Source: a virus (Duplodnaviria; Heunggongvirae; Uroviricota; Caudoviricetes). Taken from it: a stretch of 64,000 nucleotides of DNA. Both the position numbers and the translations under genes were made by a program. Below are positions 37,310-46,637 of the stretch, piece after piece (positions within the stretch are counted from its first letter, which is position 1; every line of letters starts with the position of its first letter). The notes under the pieces are model-generated. The model had not been told where the DNA came from, did not search any database, and was given only the letters and a program-made list of their open reading frames with translations. The DNA is taken from the IMG/VR virus record IMGVR_UViG_3300021399_000101, positions 65,630 through 129,629 of that record. One strand, 5' to 3'.

Positions 37310-38022
37310 AAAATTTGAAGAACACCGCTAAAAGCCTTAAGTGGTATGAATGGGCGATGTTCGGAGTTATGGTTGTTATAGCTGCGTATGCTATGATATC
37401 AGCGTTTGTAAACCCAGATAGTTCTAAAAACCCCGCATGGCTTACGGTGGTAAATTTTATAAGTGCTGTTTGTGGAGTTGTATGTATTTTCTTCTGTGCT
37501 AAGGCAAGTATCAGTAATTTTGCTTTTGGCTTGGTTAATACTGTGGTTTATATAGTTTATCTATGGTATTGGAAAATATATGGCACAATGATGCTTGAAC
37601 TAATTGTGTATTTGCCGGTTGGTATAGCTTCGTGGAAGCTATGGTCATTACATAGAGATGAAGTTCAGGAAGAACTTACCAAAGCCAAGAAACTGAAGTA
37701 TTGGCAGGACGCACTTGTAGTGGCGATAGTTGTAATAAGCACTATAGTATACCATGCGATTTTGGTTAAAGTTGGCGGTAATGTTGCTTGGCTTGATGCC
37801 ATGACAGTGGCTATCGGCGTAATTGCCACATTCCTTGAAATGTTCCGTTACAGAGAGCAGTATGTACTCTGGCTTGTTACAGACTTTATAGCAGTAGCTA
37901 TGTACATAGTTCATTTCGACGCAGTATACCTTACGAAAAAGAGCATTTATCTCATCATGGCTATCATAGGGCTCATCAATTGGGTTAAGTTAAATAATGA
38001 GAGAAACAAACTCAACGAGTGA
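37297..38022 (+). CDS. pnuC: PnuC-like nicotinamide riboside transporter (multi-pass membrane protein)
   Basis: About 240 aa with 7-8 transmembrane segments. Overlaps the NMNAT-like gene in its 3' end, an arrangement typical of nadR-pnuC. Confidence 0.5.
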   Translation: MDGLKNLKNTAKSLKWYEWAMFGVMVVIAAYAMISAFVNPDSSKNPAWLTVVNFISAVCGVVCIFFCAKASISNFAFGLVNTVVYIVYLWYWKIYGTMMLELIVYLPVGIASWKLWSLHRDEVQEELTKAKKLKYWQDALVVAIVVISTIVYHAILVKVGGNVAWLDAMTVAIGVIATFLEMFRYREQYVLWLVTDFIAVAMYIVHFDAVYLTKKSIYLIMAIIGLINWVKLNNERNKLNE

Positions 38023-38034
38023 GGAAAATATATC

Positions 38035-38391
38035 ATGATAAGAATGACAGGCAAAGAAATGAAGGCTTACGCAAAACGTGTCGGGCTTAAAATTAGGTCT
38101 GGTGCTGTGGCAGCGTTGTTATCTTCATCCGGAAAAAGAGTCCAATCACCCATAAAGACAATTTCCGGTATCCCCGATGATGCTCAAGGTTGGTTTGACC
38201 CTAGCATTAACAGATTTGACGCATCAACACCGAAAACTACTCTTAAGGTCACTTTTGAAGGTTCTACCGACCCCGATGAAGAGAAGATGGAGCTTATCAG
38301 ACGTGCAGAGCTTAAAGGCAAAAAAGCCAAAAAGTCATATGATTATTATTCAACAAGTAGTTGCGGTAGTGGTTTAGGAAGCAGTTGTTAA
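38035..38391 (+). CDS. hypothetical protein (118 aa)
   Basis: Ribosome-binding site GAGGAAAATATATCATG. Confidence 0.45.
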   Translation: MIRMTGKEMKAYAKRVGLKIRSGAVAALLSSSGKRVQSPIKTISGIPDDAQGWFDPSINRFDASTPKTTLKVTFEGSTDPDEEKMELIRRAELKGKKAKKSYDYYSTSSCGSGLGSSC

Positions 38392-38395
38392 AATT

Positions 38396-39277
38396 ATGTT
38401 TAATAAAAAATATCCTATGGCATGCGAAGGAATATGGGGTGACGCTTTTAGCGTCACCTTTTGTTCTATATGCGATAATAATTGTAAATTTTGTATAGCA
38501 AAAGGCACCCTTGAGAAAAATCAAAAGTTGAAAAGAAATGTTGATGCTATGATAGAGACTACCATCAAACACTGCGAGGACAGAGACATGGTTGAAATTT
38601 CCGGCGGCGAGCCGTTCCTTTTCATGGACGAGCTTGAGAAATATGTTACTGCTATTCGTCCTCATGTAAAATCCATAAGAATATTTACCAGCCTCCCAAA
38701 AACAATAATGGACAATTGGGAAAAGTTTCTCAATATCTATGAAAATGTAGATACAATTATTGCGTCTTACCAGCATTATGATTCAGATCTTAATAATTTT
38801 CTTTATAGGGCACATTCAAATCATAACAGGCTTGAAATCCTTACCAAGATAGCCGAATTAAACACCGATAAACTACGAGTTAACATGAATCTAATTCGTT
38901 ATGGGTTTGACACAAAAAGCGAGATAGACAAAGGCCTTGCATTTCTAGCGGCTATTCATGTGAAGCATGTCAGGCTTAACGAAATGCAGAAAGCTGATTT
39001 CTGCTATGTAGATTTTCAGAAAGCATACGGAAAGAAATTGCCAAGCCCTTATATTTATGGTTGCGTTAGGCCAATTAAACTTAGGAAGTTTAAAGACCTT
39101 GATTTGACAATTAAGGTCGCTTGCTTCCATATGACAAACTTTAAACGACCAACCAGGAGGGAGCTTAAGTTCTGCTATGAAAGGGCAAGACGTAAGCCTG
39201 AATCGAATACGATGGTTATTCGTGAAGACGGAAGTTATTCATATGGTTATCATGGTAAGATAGAAAACGAAGATTGA
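38396..39277 (+). CDS. radical SAM enzyme (fifth in the window; lacks the C-terminal CGH motif of the tandem quartet)
   Basis: CDNNCKFCI cluster motif, ISGGEPFLF. Confidence 0.7.
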   Translation: MFNKKYPMACEGIWGDAFSVTFCSICDNNCKFCIAKGTLEKNQKLKRNVDAMIETTIKHCEDRDMVEISGGEPFLFMDELEKYVTAIRPHVKSIRIFTSLPKTIMDNWEKFLNIYENVDTIIASYQHYDSDLNNFLYRAHSNHNRLEILTKIAELNTDKLRVNMNLIRYGFDTKSEIDKGLAFLAAIHVKHVRLNEMQKADFCYVDFQKAYGKKLPSPYIYGCVRPIKLRKFKDLDLTIKVACFHMTNFKRPTRRELKFCYERARRKPESNTMVIREDGSYSYGYHGKIENED

Positions 39278-39302
39278 CAAAAATCTTCGTTTTTTTTATA
39301 AT
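39274..39302 (+). promoter_or_regulatory. sigma70-like promoter (TTGACA-17-TATAAT)
   Basis: ATTGACAAAAATCTTCGTTTTTTTTATAATTATAAT. Confidence 0.55.
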
Positions 39303-39324
39303 TATAATAGGAAAAAAGGAAATT

Positions 39325-39822
39325 ATGAGTAAGCGTGAAGATTTGTTTAACGAATTAAAAGAAAAAAATCTTATTACTCTTTATTATGATAGAGTAATGT
39401 TTTATGATGAAGGTTACGGAGAAATCCAGTTTTGGAGCCTCGAAGAAATTTCCGAGAGGGTCCTTTGTCTGAAAAATAAAGGCGTTTGGGTCTTCTTTGA
39501 CAGGTGGGAGTTTTCAGAAATACCCACTTCAAAATCACTTCATGTTTATAATGGAGAATTTGAAACTGCTGAGTTCAAATTACCCAATGAAAAAAAGATA
39601 GCATCTAATCATAACCATTTTTATGTTGATAATTTTGCGGTCGATATGTCAGAGACTCTTGATAATAACTATTCGGAAAAGGGAGACTGGGCGTATTGTA
39701 ATGTTGAGCAGACCGTGAGCCTTCTTAAGAAAAATGTTGGCAATTTAGATAGCAAAAAGGACATTAAGAAGTCTTGCGTTGATATAGCAAATTTTGCTAT
39801 GATGACTTTTTATTTATCATGA
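39325..39822 (+). CDS. hypothetical protein (165 aa)
   Basis: Ribosome-binding site AAAAGGAAATTATG downstream of the promoter. Confidence 0.5.
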   Translation: MSKREDLFNELKEKNLITLYYDRVMFYDEGYGEIQFWSLEEISERVLCLKNKGVWVFFDRWEFSEIPTSKSLHVYNGEFETAEFKLPNEKKIASNHNHFYVDNFAVDMSETLDNNYSEKGDWAYCNVEQTVSLLKKNVGNLDSKKDIKKSCVDIANFAMMTFYLS

Positions 39823-40118
39823 CAGAAGAATTGTTCATAGAAGAATTAAGCAAGTTTTATAAAAGAAGTGTTATTAGTACAGCATATTCACACGTTAGTG
39901 ACATAATAGATTCTTTTTCTTGGGACACACCCGGAATTTCAACGCGAATAAAATATAAATTAAAATGTATGGCAATACGTTTCTATTACCGGCACGCATT
40001 ATCACAGGATATAGACGGTTTAAATGACTGGATAACAATGCACACATTTGGTCGCTTGTGTGCTGTGGCAGTAGAAAAAATTGAATATTGGCAGAAGACG
40101 GGAGGTTGGTTTGATTAA
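39819..40118 (+). CDS. hypothetical protein (99 aa)
   Basis: ATGA overlap. Confidence 0.45.
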   Translation: MTEELFIEELSKFYKRSVISTAYSHVSDIIDSFSWDTPGISTRIKYKLKCMAIRFYYRHALSQDIDGLNDWITMHTFGRLCAVAVEKIEYWQKTGGWFD

Positions 40119-40368
40119 TTGGGCAGCATGCAGGGGCGATTTTCTTTATCAGTTACATGAACGTCTTATTAGTTATAATATGAGATATGCAGCCGACATT
40201 GTATTTTCTGTATATTGGGGTAACTCCAATAGTCTAGTTCATATTAAGTGGCTGTTATCTCAGCGTATAAGAGAGGAAAATATAACTCAAAAACAGCGCG
40301 AAGAAGTCGAAAGAGCATTTAAAGCCATCACAAAATGGTCAAAAGGCGAAAGAAGGTTTGAATTATGA
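40081..40368 (+). CDS. hypothetical protein (start uncertain)
   Basis: ORF. Overlaps the upstream gene by 38 nt. Confidence 0.35.
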   Translation: MNIGRRREVGLINWAACRGDFLYQLHERLISYNMRYAADIVFSVYWGNSNSLVHIKWLLSQRIREENITQKQREEVERAFKAITKWSKGERRFEL

Positions 40369-40658
40369 TGAACGAAGAGCAATTTTTGCAAGGCATTTAC
40401 GATGAATATAGCTGTGGAACTGCAGCGGAACGATGGGTATCTCATCAGCTAGATAGGGAAGTGATATGGGCGGCAAGAGGTTCTACAATAAAGGCAAAAC
40501 GTGTGATGTCAAATTTGATTTACGCTTATATAAATATGGAGCGAAAAGACTCGGCAGAAATAGTAATTAGTACTAGGATTGAGGCTCTTAAAGAAGCTTT
40601 AAGTAAAATCATAAAATTTCAAAGCCGGCCTTATATAAAAGGAGGGGGAGAATATTGA
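40365..40658 (+). CDS. hypothetical protein (97 aa)
   Basis: ATGA overlap. Confidence 0.45.
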   Translation: MMNEEQFLQGIYDEYSCGTAAERWVSHQLDREVIWAARGSTIKAKRVMSNLIYAYINMERKDSAEIVISTRIEALKEALSKIIKFQSRPYIKGGGEY

Positions 40659-41182
40659 ATTGCCAAGAGTTTTGTGATATGTTTAATGTGTGGATTGGTT
40701 TTGACCAATCCGGTTATGGACAGATATTTGCGGAGAAGCCAAAGCTGATAGAAAAAGATAATTTCTTTCTTTGCAAAGATGATGCTAAACTTTTACCCTG
40801 TTTAGTAAGTGATTTTGCTGAATGGTCAAATCGTAGGCGAACTGTTCTCTTCTCTCCTGGGCAGAAGATGGAGACTAAGGACAAAGGAAAGGTTATTATG
40901 GAATGTAGCGATTTTAAGAAAGGTGATATTTTTACTGGTAATGTTCTTGTAAGAGAAGTATTCACAATGCCAGACCCTATAAACGACGGCGAGAAATTTA
41001 TCATAACTTGCCGTGATGATAACGGGCATGATTTAGTTTGGACAACTAGAGCGAAAAATATACCTAATCAAAATGACAGAAAGCTTTTGAAAGCAAAGGT
41101 TGTCGGAAACTGCGCTTCTGCTGAGTATGGAATTCCAGCTTTTGAAGTTACAAGCTGCATCTTTACAAGGGAGAAAAAATGA
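40655..41182 (+). CDS. hypothetical protein (175 aa)
   Basis: ATTGA overlap. Ribosome-binding site GGAGGGGGAGAATATTG. Confidence 0.5.
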   Translation: MNCQEFCDMFNVWIGFDQSGYGQIFAEKPKLIEKDNFFLCKDDAKLLPCLVSDFAEWSNRRRTVLFSPGQKMETKDKGKVIMECSDFKKGDIFTGNVLVREVFTMPDPINDGEKFIITCRDDNGHDLVWTTRAKNIPNQNDRKLLKAKVVGNCASAEYGIPAFEVTSCIFTREKK

Positions 41183-41931
41183 GTAACATTATGGACTGGG
41201 CAACTCGTGAGGTTGAGATTGCTTGCAAAAAAGAGAACCCCGACAGAAAAGATGGCGAATGGGATTACGGTTGCGCTTGCTACGAATCTGCTTTAAAAGC
41301 ATATAACTCGCTTCTTGAAGACGGACATTCAGGCTTCAGTTTTTCTTTGACCAGAAATATTTTAATCAGACTGATGAATCATCTTCCGCTTACGCCTATA
41401 ACAGATGAAGACTTTTTCATGGCAGATAAAGATACTTTCCCTAACGACCCGGAGTGGCTTGCCAGTAAGGGTCTTAAATCAGATATACAATGCCCAAGAA
41501 TGCCCTCGCTGTTTAGATACGAAACCTTAGACGGTAAAGTGTCCTATCACGATAATGACAGAGCGTTTTGTTATGATGCAGATAACCCCAAAAGCACTTA
41601 TGATTTCGGCTTTTTCACAAGCATTGTTGATGATATGTTCCCCATTACTATGCCATACTATCCAATAAACGAAAAATATGAATTGGAATGTTCGGAGGTA
41701 TTGTTCGACAAGAACAACGGCGACTTTGATACTGTGGCTCTTTGGAGTATTACTACTCCAAGCAAGGAAAAGATACCTGTTAATCGTTTTTGGAAAGAGT
41801 CTGAAAACGGGTTTGCTGAGATAGATTATGAAGAGTGGAAATTTCGCAGCACTCATAAAATAGATGGCTCTAAGAAAAAAGGCTTGACAGAAAAGGTAAG
41901 GGATAATATTATTGAAACCGAGAAAGGATAA
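41179..41931 (+). CDS. hypothetical protein (250 aa)
   Basis: ATGA overlap. Confidence 0.55.
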   Translation: MSNIMDWATREVEIACKKENPDRKDGEWDYGCACYESALKAYNSLLEDGHSGFSFSLTRNILIRLMNHLPLTPITDEDFFMADKDTFPNDPEWLASKGLKSDIQCPRMPSLFRYETLDGKVSYHDNDRAFCYDADNPKSTYDFGFFTSIVDDMFPITMPYYPINEKYELECSEVLFDKNNGDFDTVALWSITTPSKEKIPVNRFWKESENGFAEIDYEEWKFRSTHKIDGSKKKGLTEKVRDNIIETEKG

Positions 41932-42016
41932 GATAATATTACGTGGGGTAGAGGTCTGCGTTTAAAGAAAATTCCAATTGCGAAAGCGATTTTTTAATAG
42001 GGATAATTTCGCCTAA

Positions 42017-42058
42017 TGGGAGCCTCTACTTCTCATTAGGCGTTTTTATTAAGGAGAA
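42017..42058 (+). terminator. rho-independent terminator or structured leader (GCCTAATG...CATTAGGC followed by T5) upstream of the nrd module
   Basis: 8-bp stem plus T-run. Additional upstream hairpins (GCGAAAGC tetraloop; GTAGAGG complementary to CCTCTAC in the terminator loop). Confidence 0.55.
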
Positions 42059-42061
42059 AAA

Positions 42062-42262
42062 ATGGTAAAGTTATATTCTACACATTGTCCTCAGTGTATT
42101 ATGTTGGAGAATCTTTTGAAAAGCAAAAAGGTGGATTTTGAGTTGGTAAACACGACAGAAGAAGAAGTGAAAACCATGGGATTTAATTCAGTTCCTATTT
42201 TAGAAGTCGATGGAAAGTTTTTCACTTTTACTGACGCAAAAGCTTGGGCGAAGAAAAAGTGA
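42062..42262 (+). CDS. nrdH: NrdH/glutaredoxin-like redoxin
   Basis: CPQC redox motif near the N-terminus. About 66 aa. Lies immediately upstream of nrdG/nrdD. Confidence 0.65.
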   Translation: MVKLYSTHCPQCIMLENLLKSKKVDFELVNTTEEEVKTMGFNSVPILEVDGKFFTFTDAKAWAKKK

Positions 42263-42291
42263 AAGAAAGAATAATTACAGTAACGTGGAAA

Positions 42292-42849
42292 ATGTCCTCA
42301 GTGTCGTTACCAGTTGGTATTACTTGGACGGATTTCCCATCCAAAAAAGATTGTGCGGTAATAGTCTATTACTGTGGCTGCAGTCATGGTTGCCCAGGCT
42401 GCCAGAACCCAGAATTACAAAACCCGGACAATGGAACCTATATGGCATATGATGAACTTATCAGCATCATAATGGACGAAGCCGAAAAAGCGCATACTAA
42501 TAAAGTAGTTCTTTCCGGCGGAGACCCTTATTTTCAGCCAGGTACTGATATAAGTGCTGTTGTTTCGGCATTAGTGATAAGAGGTTATGAAGTATGCGTT
42601 TATACAGGTGCTAATATTGAGGATGTAAGAAGAAAAATTCCTTTTGCCACATACTACAAATGCGGAAAGTATGATGAGCAAAACAAGGAAAAAGAATGGG
42701 GCAAGTTTTCCGACAAAATGGTTTTTGTTTCAAAAAATCAAGCGTTATATAATGGCAAAGGAAAACAAATCTCCGTTGATAATGTTTACTACTTTAGCAA
42801 GTGGGATACATTTAAAGCAAAAATTAAAAAGTGGTTTAAAGTGAAATGA
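42292..42849 (+). CDS. nrdG: anaerobic ribonucleotide reductase activating protein (radical SAM)
   Basis: YYCGCSHGCPGC cluster motif. Size and position upstream of nrdD. Confidence 0.75.
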   Translation: MSSVSLPVGITWTDFPSKKDCAVIVYYCGCSHGCPGCQNPELQNPDNGTYMAYDELISIIMDEAEKAHTNKVVLSGGDPYFQPGTDISAVVSALVIRGYEVCVYTGANIEDVRRKIPFATYYKCGKYDEQNKEKEWGKFSDKMVFVSKNQALYNGKGKQISVDNVYYFSKWDTFKAKIKKWFKVK

Positions 42850-42910
42850 ATCGTGAAAGTGTTTGAAAAAAGTTGCACCCTAAATTTAGGGGCAGAAGGA
42901 AGAGAACATT

Positions 42911-44986
42911 TTGAACGAAAACATCAAAACAGAAGATGATGTATTTACAGCAGATAGTGTTGCTCACGGAAGTTCATCCGTAGGGGCAGCAATGAACAGA
43001 GTGAAGAGTTGTTTAAATTATTCACTCAAACAGAAGTATGGAATTGAGAACGATGAAATCAGCGAGGCTATTCTTAGAGTTCATGGCCTGAGCAAAAAGA
43101 ATCTCGAATTTATCAACAATTTTGAATCACTTGTAGAATCAAAGGCAGAAGTGCATAGTGAGGAAAGTGAAGAAACAAACATAGACCAAAATTCAAACAA
43201 AAGTGACATAAGTGTTTCAGGCATTCTAAATGAAAATGCTACTCCAATTTCCAAGCTTCTTGGATACAGATATTTGTATCGTAAGATGGTTGAGCTTTAT
43301 GGGAAGCAAAGAGCAAAATTCCTTTGTGGAGAAATGTATGATTATTCTCTCGCATTAGCTGATAGCTCAAATATATTAAAGCCGTATTGCTTTAGTATAA
43401 ATGCAAGTAGACTTGTTCTTGAGGGGAGACCGTTTGGGAAACTTCATAGCTTACCGCCACACAGGGTATCAAGCTATATCGCTTGTCTTAATGAAACAGT
43501 TCACCAGTTGTCAAATCATACAGCAGGTGCTTTAGCAATTGCAACGCTTTTCTTGGACTGTGCAAGGGTTATGTTGTTCGAAGAGCATAAAACTTTGTTT
43601 AGGCTTAAGCACAACAGAAGATATAGAAAATATATCAGAAACTGCCTTCAGAACTTTGTTCATAGTATGAATCATTTAAGCAGAAACAGTACGGAAAGCC
43701 CATTTACAAACGTATCTGTTTTTGATAAGTCAAAGCTCAGAGGCCTTCTTGATGAAGACAACTTCGGTTGGTATTTTGATTTGGAAAAGAAGCCGAAAGA
43801 TTTCAAGTTCTATAAATCATTTAAGAAACATGATTGGACAGACTATTGCGTTGAAGTAGTCTCTGAAATGCAGGACATATTCCTTGATATAATGGACGCA
43901 GGTGATGTGGCAAGAAACGGTCTTCCGATTACTTTCCCTGTCACTACAATCAATATTTCAGTCGATGACGATAGAAATATTACAGAGCCTGAGTTTGTGA
44001 AGAAGATGTGTAAACACGATATTTTCAGATACAATATTTTTGTATCACAGGGAAACAAGATCGCGTCGTGTTGTCGTTTGATCAATGATGAAGACCTGTT
44101 TGAGCAAGGAGCCCATGTAAATAGCCTTGGTGGCGGTGGTTCCGTTAGCCTTGGCTCTCATAGAGTATGTACCGTCAATCTTTACAGAATTTTCTTGGAG
44201 TGCGACAGTTTTGACGATTACCTTGCAAGATTGCATAAAAGACTTGAATCATGTGCCGATATTCTACAAGCCCATAAAGAACTCATTAAAGACCTTACAG
44301 CCCGTGGTCTTGAACCATTTATTGAGAACGGTTATCTCAATTTAAACAGAATGTTCAGTACAGTCGGTATTGCAGGTTTTTATGAAGCGGATAAGCACCT
44401 TAAGGAAAAATTCGGAGAACGTGATTACCTTAAAGAAATCCTTGAGGCCATTGAAGATTTCAATCGTAAGGTAACGGCTTCTGGCAGAGGGCTTATCATG
44501 AACACAGAGGAAATTCCGGCTGAGTCAATGATGACTCGTCTTCCTAAAGTTGACAATATGCTTTTCGGTATTCCTGAAAAGATTTATTCAAATCAGTTCG
44601 TACCTCTTTTTGAAGAAGGGCATAACGTATTTGAAAGAATGGATTTGGATGGAAAGTACGGAAAGCTTCTTACCGGCGGCGGAATTGTTCATATTACTCT
44701 TGGTGAAAAAACAACACCTGAGCAGTCTGAAATGCTTATTGCTTATGCAGCAAAAGCAGGCTGTAACCACTTTGCATTAAATCCGTGTTATAGTATCTGC
44801 GAACATGACCATTCTACGTTTGGTAAGGTGGATGTTTGTCCTATATGCGGTGGTAAGATTGTCGATTACCTCACAAGGACAATCGGATATTTCAGCCATG
44901 TGACAAACTGGACTAACTCAAAGAGGGAAAACGACTTTGAAAAGAGAGACATGAGTGTTACAGATGTATTAAAAGAAGCTGTCTGA
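42911..44986 (+). CDS. nrdD: anaerobic ribonucleoside-triphosphate reductase (class III)
   Basis: C-terminal CPICGGK Zn site and glycyl radical motif LTRTIGYFSHVTNWTNSKRENDFEKRDM. 691 aa. The start codon is uncertain (TTG at 42911 has an AGGAAG ribosome-binding site). Confidence 0.88.
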   Translation: MNENIKTEDDVFTADSVAHGSSSVGAAMNRVKSCLNYSLKQKYGIENDEISEAILRVHGLSKKNLEFINNFESLVESKAEVHSEESEETNIDQNSNKSDISVSGILNENATPISKLLGYRYLYRKMVELYGKQRAKFLCGEMYDYSLALADSSNILKPYCFSINASRLVLEGRPFGKLHSLPPHRVSSYIACLNETVHQLSNHTAGALAIATLFLDCARVMLFEEHKTLFRLKHNRRYRKYIRNCLQNFVHSMNHLSRNSTESPFTNVSVFDKSKLRGLLDEDNFGWYFDLEKKPKDFKFYKSFKKHDWTDYCVEVVSEMQDIFLDIMDAGDVARNGLPITFPVTTINISVDDDRNITEPEFVKKMCKHDIFRYNIFVSQGNKIASCCRLINDEDLFEQGAHVNSLGGGGSVSLGSHRVCTVNLYRIFLECDSFDDYLARLHKRLESCADILQAHKELIKDLTARGLEPFIENGYLNLNRMFSTVGIAGFYEADKHLKEKFGERDYLKEILEAIEDFNRKVTASGRGLIMNTEEIPAESMMTRLPKVDNMLFGIPEKIYSNQFVPLFEEGHNVFERMDLDGKYGKLLTGGGIVHITLGEKTTPEQSEMLIAYAAKAGCNHFALNPCYSICEHDHSTFGKVDVCPICGGKIVDYLTRTIGYFSHVTNWTNSKRENDFEKRDMSVTDVLKEAV

Positions 44987-45005
44987 TTAAAAGCGTTTTT
45001 AGTTA

Positions 45006-45034
45006 AAGCAGGGTAAAAACCCTGCTTTTTTATT
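45006..45034 (+). terminator. rho-independent terminator (AGCAGGG-TAAAAA-CCCTGCT followed by T6)
   Basis: Hairpin plus T-run after the nrdD stop. Confidence 0.7.
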
Positions 45035-45062
45035 TGCCAAAAAAATAAAAATTTTATATAAT
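45034..45062 (+). promoter_or_regulatory. sigma70-like promoter (TTGCCA-17-TATAAT)
   Basis: TTGCCAAAAAAATAAAAATTTTATATAATTAAG. Confidence 0.5.
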
Positions 45063-45082
45063 TAAGTGTGAAGGGAAGTTGT

Positions 45083-45874
45083 ATGAGAAGATTATGTGTT
45101 GGAGACATTCATGGCAGTTATAACAAGCTGCTTGATGTTCTAGATAGATGTAAATTTTCAGATACAGATATTTTATACTCAGTAGGTGATTTCACAGACA
45201 GAGGGAAACAGAATGTTAAGACTCTTGATTTCCTCATGGGATTAAGCAATTTCAAACCGGTTTGTGGAAACCATGACCTTTGGAATTATGAATATCTAAC
45301 CAGCATGTCTCCTGACGCTTTTGAATGTTGGGTGCGTTGGAATGGCGGTCATTATACATATAATGAAGAAAAACAGCAACCTGAGGAGTGGCGTAAAAAA
45401 ATAGGAAACTGGCTCAAAGACATTCCGTATAGAATAAACTTAGGAGACAAAATAATAATTCATAGCGTTTGCCCCTCAAGAGCTTACCAACATATAGATG
45501 ATGTTGATGAACTCACTATGGAAACTCTCAAGTCTTCTAACCTTATAAAAGATGCTGTTTATGATGATTACATTTGGAACAGAGGGGTGATTGGCGGCTG
45601 TAAAGATTATTACCAAATTGGCTCAAAAGCATCCAGTTTTAATGAATACTTTAGAAATGTCTACGGAAAAGAGTTTACTGGAACACCGATTTATATAATT
45701 GGACATACTCCTCTTGACCACCCGTTTTTTGACAAGGAAATGGGAATCATAGGAATAGATACCGGAGCGTTTTGCTATAAAGAAGGCTGGGGAGTGGATG
45801 GATATCTTACCGTGCTTGATATTGATACATTTGAGTATTGGCAGTCAAATAAAGAAGGAGGCTTTAGACTGTGA
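45083..45874 (+). CDS. Ser/Thr phosphatase-like calcineurin-family metallophosphoesterase (MPP2, lambda-PPase-like)
   Basis: VGDIHG, GDFTDRG, GNHD, IIGHTP motifs. Ribosome-binding site GTGAAGGGAAGTTGTATG. Confidence 0.8.
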   Translation: MRRLCVGDIHGSYNKLLDVLDRCKFSDTDILYSVGDFTDRGKQNVKTLDFLMGLSNFKPVCGNHDLWNYEYLTSMSPDAFECWVRWNGGHYTYNEEKQQPEEWRKKIGNWLKDIPYRINLGDKIIIHSVCPSRAYQHIDDVDELTMETLKSSNLIKDAVYDDYIWNRGVIGGCKDYYQIGSKASSFNEYFRNVYGKEFTGTPIYIIGHTPLDHPFFDKEMGIIGIDTGAFCYKEGWGVDGYLTVLDIDTFEYWQSNKEGGFRL

Positions 45875-46137
45875 GCGATGAAGAAAAACTAAATGCTATT
45901 AGAGAAAGCTTTCCGGAGTATGTTCCTTACTACGAAAATGGCACCGTAAACATATTTGCCTTCTATCGAACTAGAATTCTTCGTTATAAAAAGTTTATTG
46001 CTTTTAAAGAAGCAGTAAAGCAAGATCTTATCGTAACAAAAGGTCGTGCCAAAGAAGGCTACGGGTTCCCTACACCTACAATTCAGGAAGTTGAAGATTT
46101 AGAAACTCTATTTTTTCTTGTCAAAAAATTTGATTGA
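45871..46137 (+). CDS. hypothetical protein (88 aa)
   Basis: GTGA overlap. Confidence 0.5.
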   Translation: MSDEEKLNAIRESFPEYVPYYENGTVNIFAFYRTRILRYKKFIAFKEAVKQDLIVTKGRAKEGYGFPTPTIQEVEDLETLFFLVKKFD

Positions 46138-46162
46138 CAAAAATTAAGAAAAATTTTATAAT
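46134..46162 (+). promoter_or_regulatory. sigma70-like promoter
   Basis: ATTGACAAAAATTAAGAAAAATTTTATAATATACG. Confidence 0.5.
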
Positions 46163-46180
46163 ATACGTGTAGGAAAAATA

Positions 46181-46582
46181 ATGTCAAGAAAGAAAAGCAA
46201 AAAAAAGATTATGATTACAGATACAAATAACAAGGACACAAAAGAACTGGCTCCGGCTCCATCTAAAATGGAGCAGATGGCGAACATGCTTTTTAATCGT
46301 TTTTTAAAACAGACGATGAAAATCTATAATTATTTTGATAATGATTATGTTTCAATTGTTCCGTACATAGAAGACAAAAGTGAAGAAAAAGATGATGGAA
46401 CTGATGTCGTTTGTTACGAGATTACCCCTAAGAGTAATAAAGAAGTGGTAGTTTATTTAGACGATAGTTCTATATATGCTTCATTAAAAGGTTCAGGCGT
46501 TAAACTCAATGACGATGCATTGGCTTATTTGACCACAAATATCATTAGCTATGTAAGAGGTCACTGTCCAGTTGCCGCTTGA
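46181..46582 (+). CDS. hypothetical protein (133 aa)
   Basis: Ribosome-binding site GTAGGAAAAATAATG. Confidence 0.5.
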   Translation: MSRKKSKKKIMITDTNNKDTKELAPAPSKMEQMANMLFNRFLKQTMKIYNYFDNDYVSIVPYIEDKSEEKDDGTDVVCYEITPKSNKEVVVYLDDSSIYASLKGSGVKLNDDALAYLTTNIISYVRGHCPVAA

Positions 46583-46608
46583 CAAAAATTCTTAAAAATT
46601 ATATAATT
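46579..46608 (+). promoter_or_regulatory. sigma70-like promoter
   Basis: CTTGACAAAAATTCTTAAAAATTATATAATTAAG. Confidence 0.5.
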
Positions 46609-46637
46609 AAGTAGAAACAAGGAGAAAAAGAAATAAA

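Noticed and set aside
43843-44780. Small ORFs on both strands inside nrdD (43843-44085, 44045-44236, 44127-44345, 44550-44780, 44588-44770)
   Set aside because: They are embedded in a confidently assigned 691-aa nrdD.
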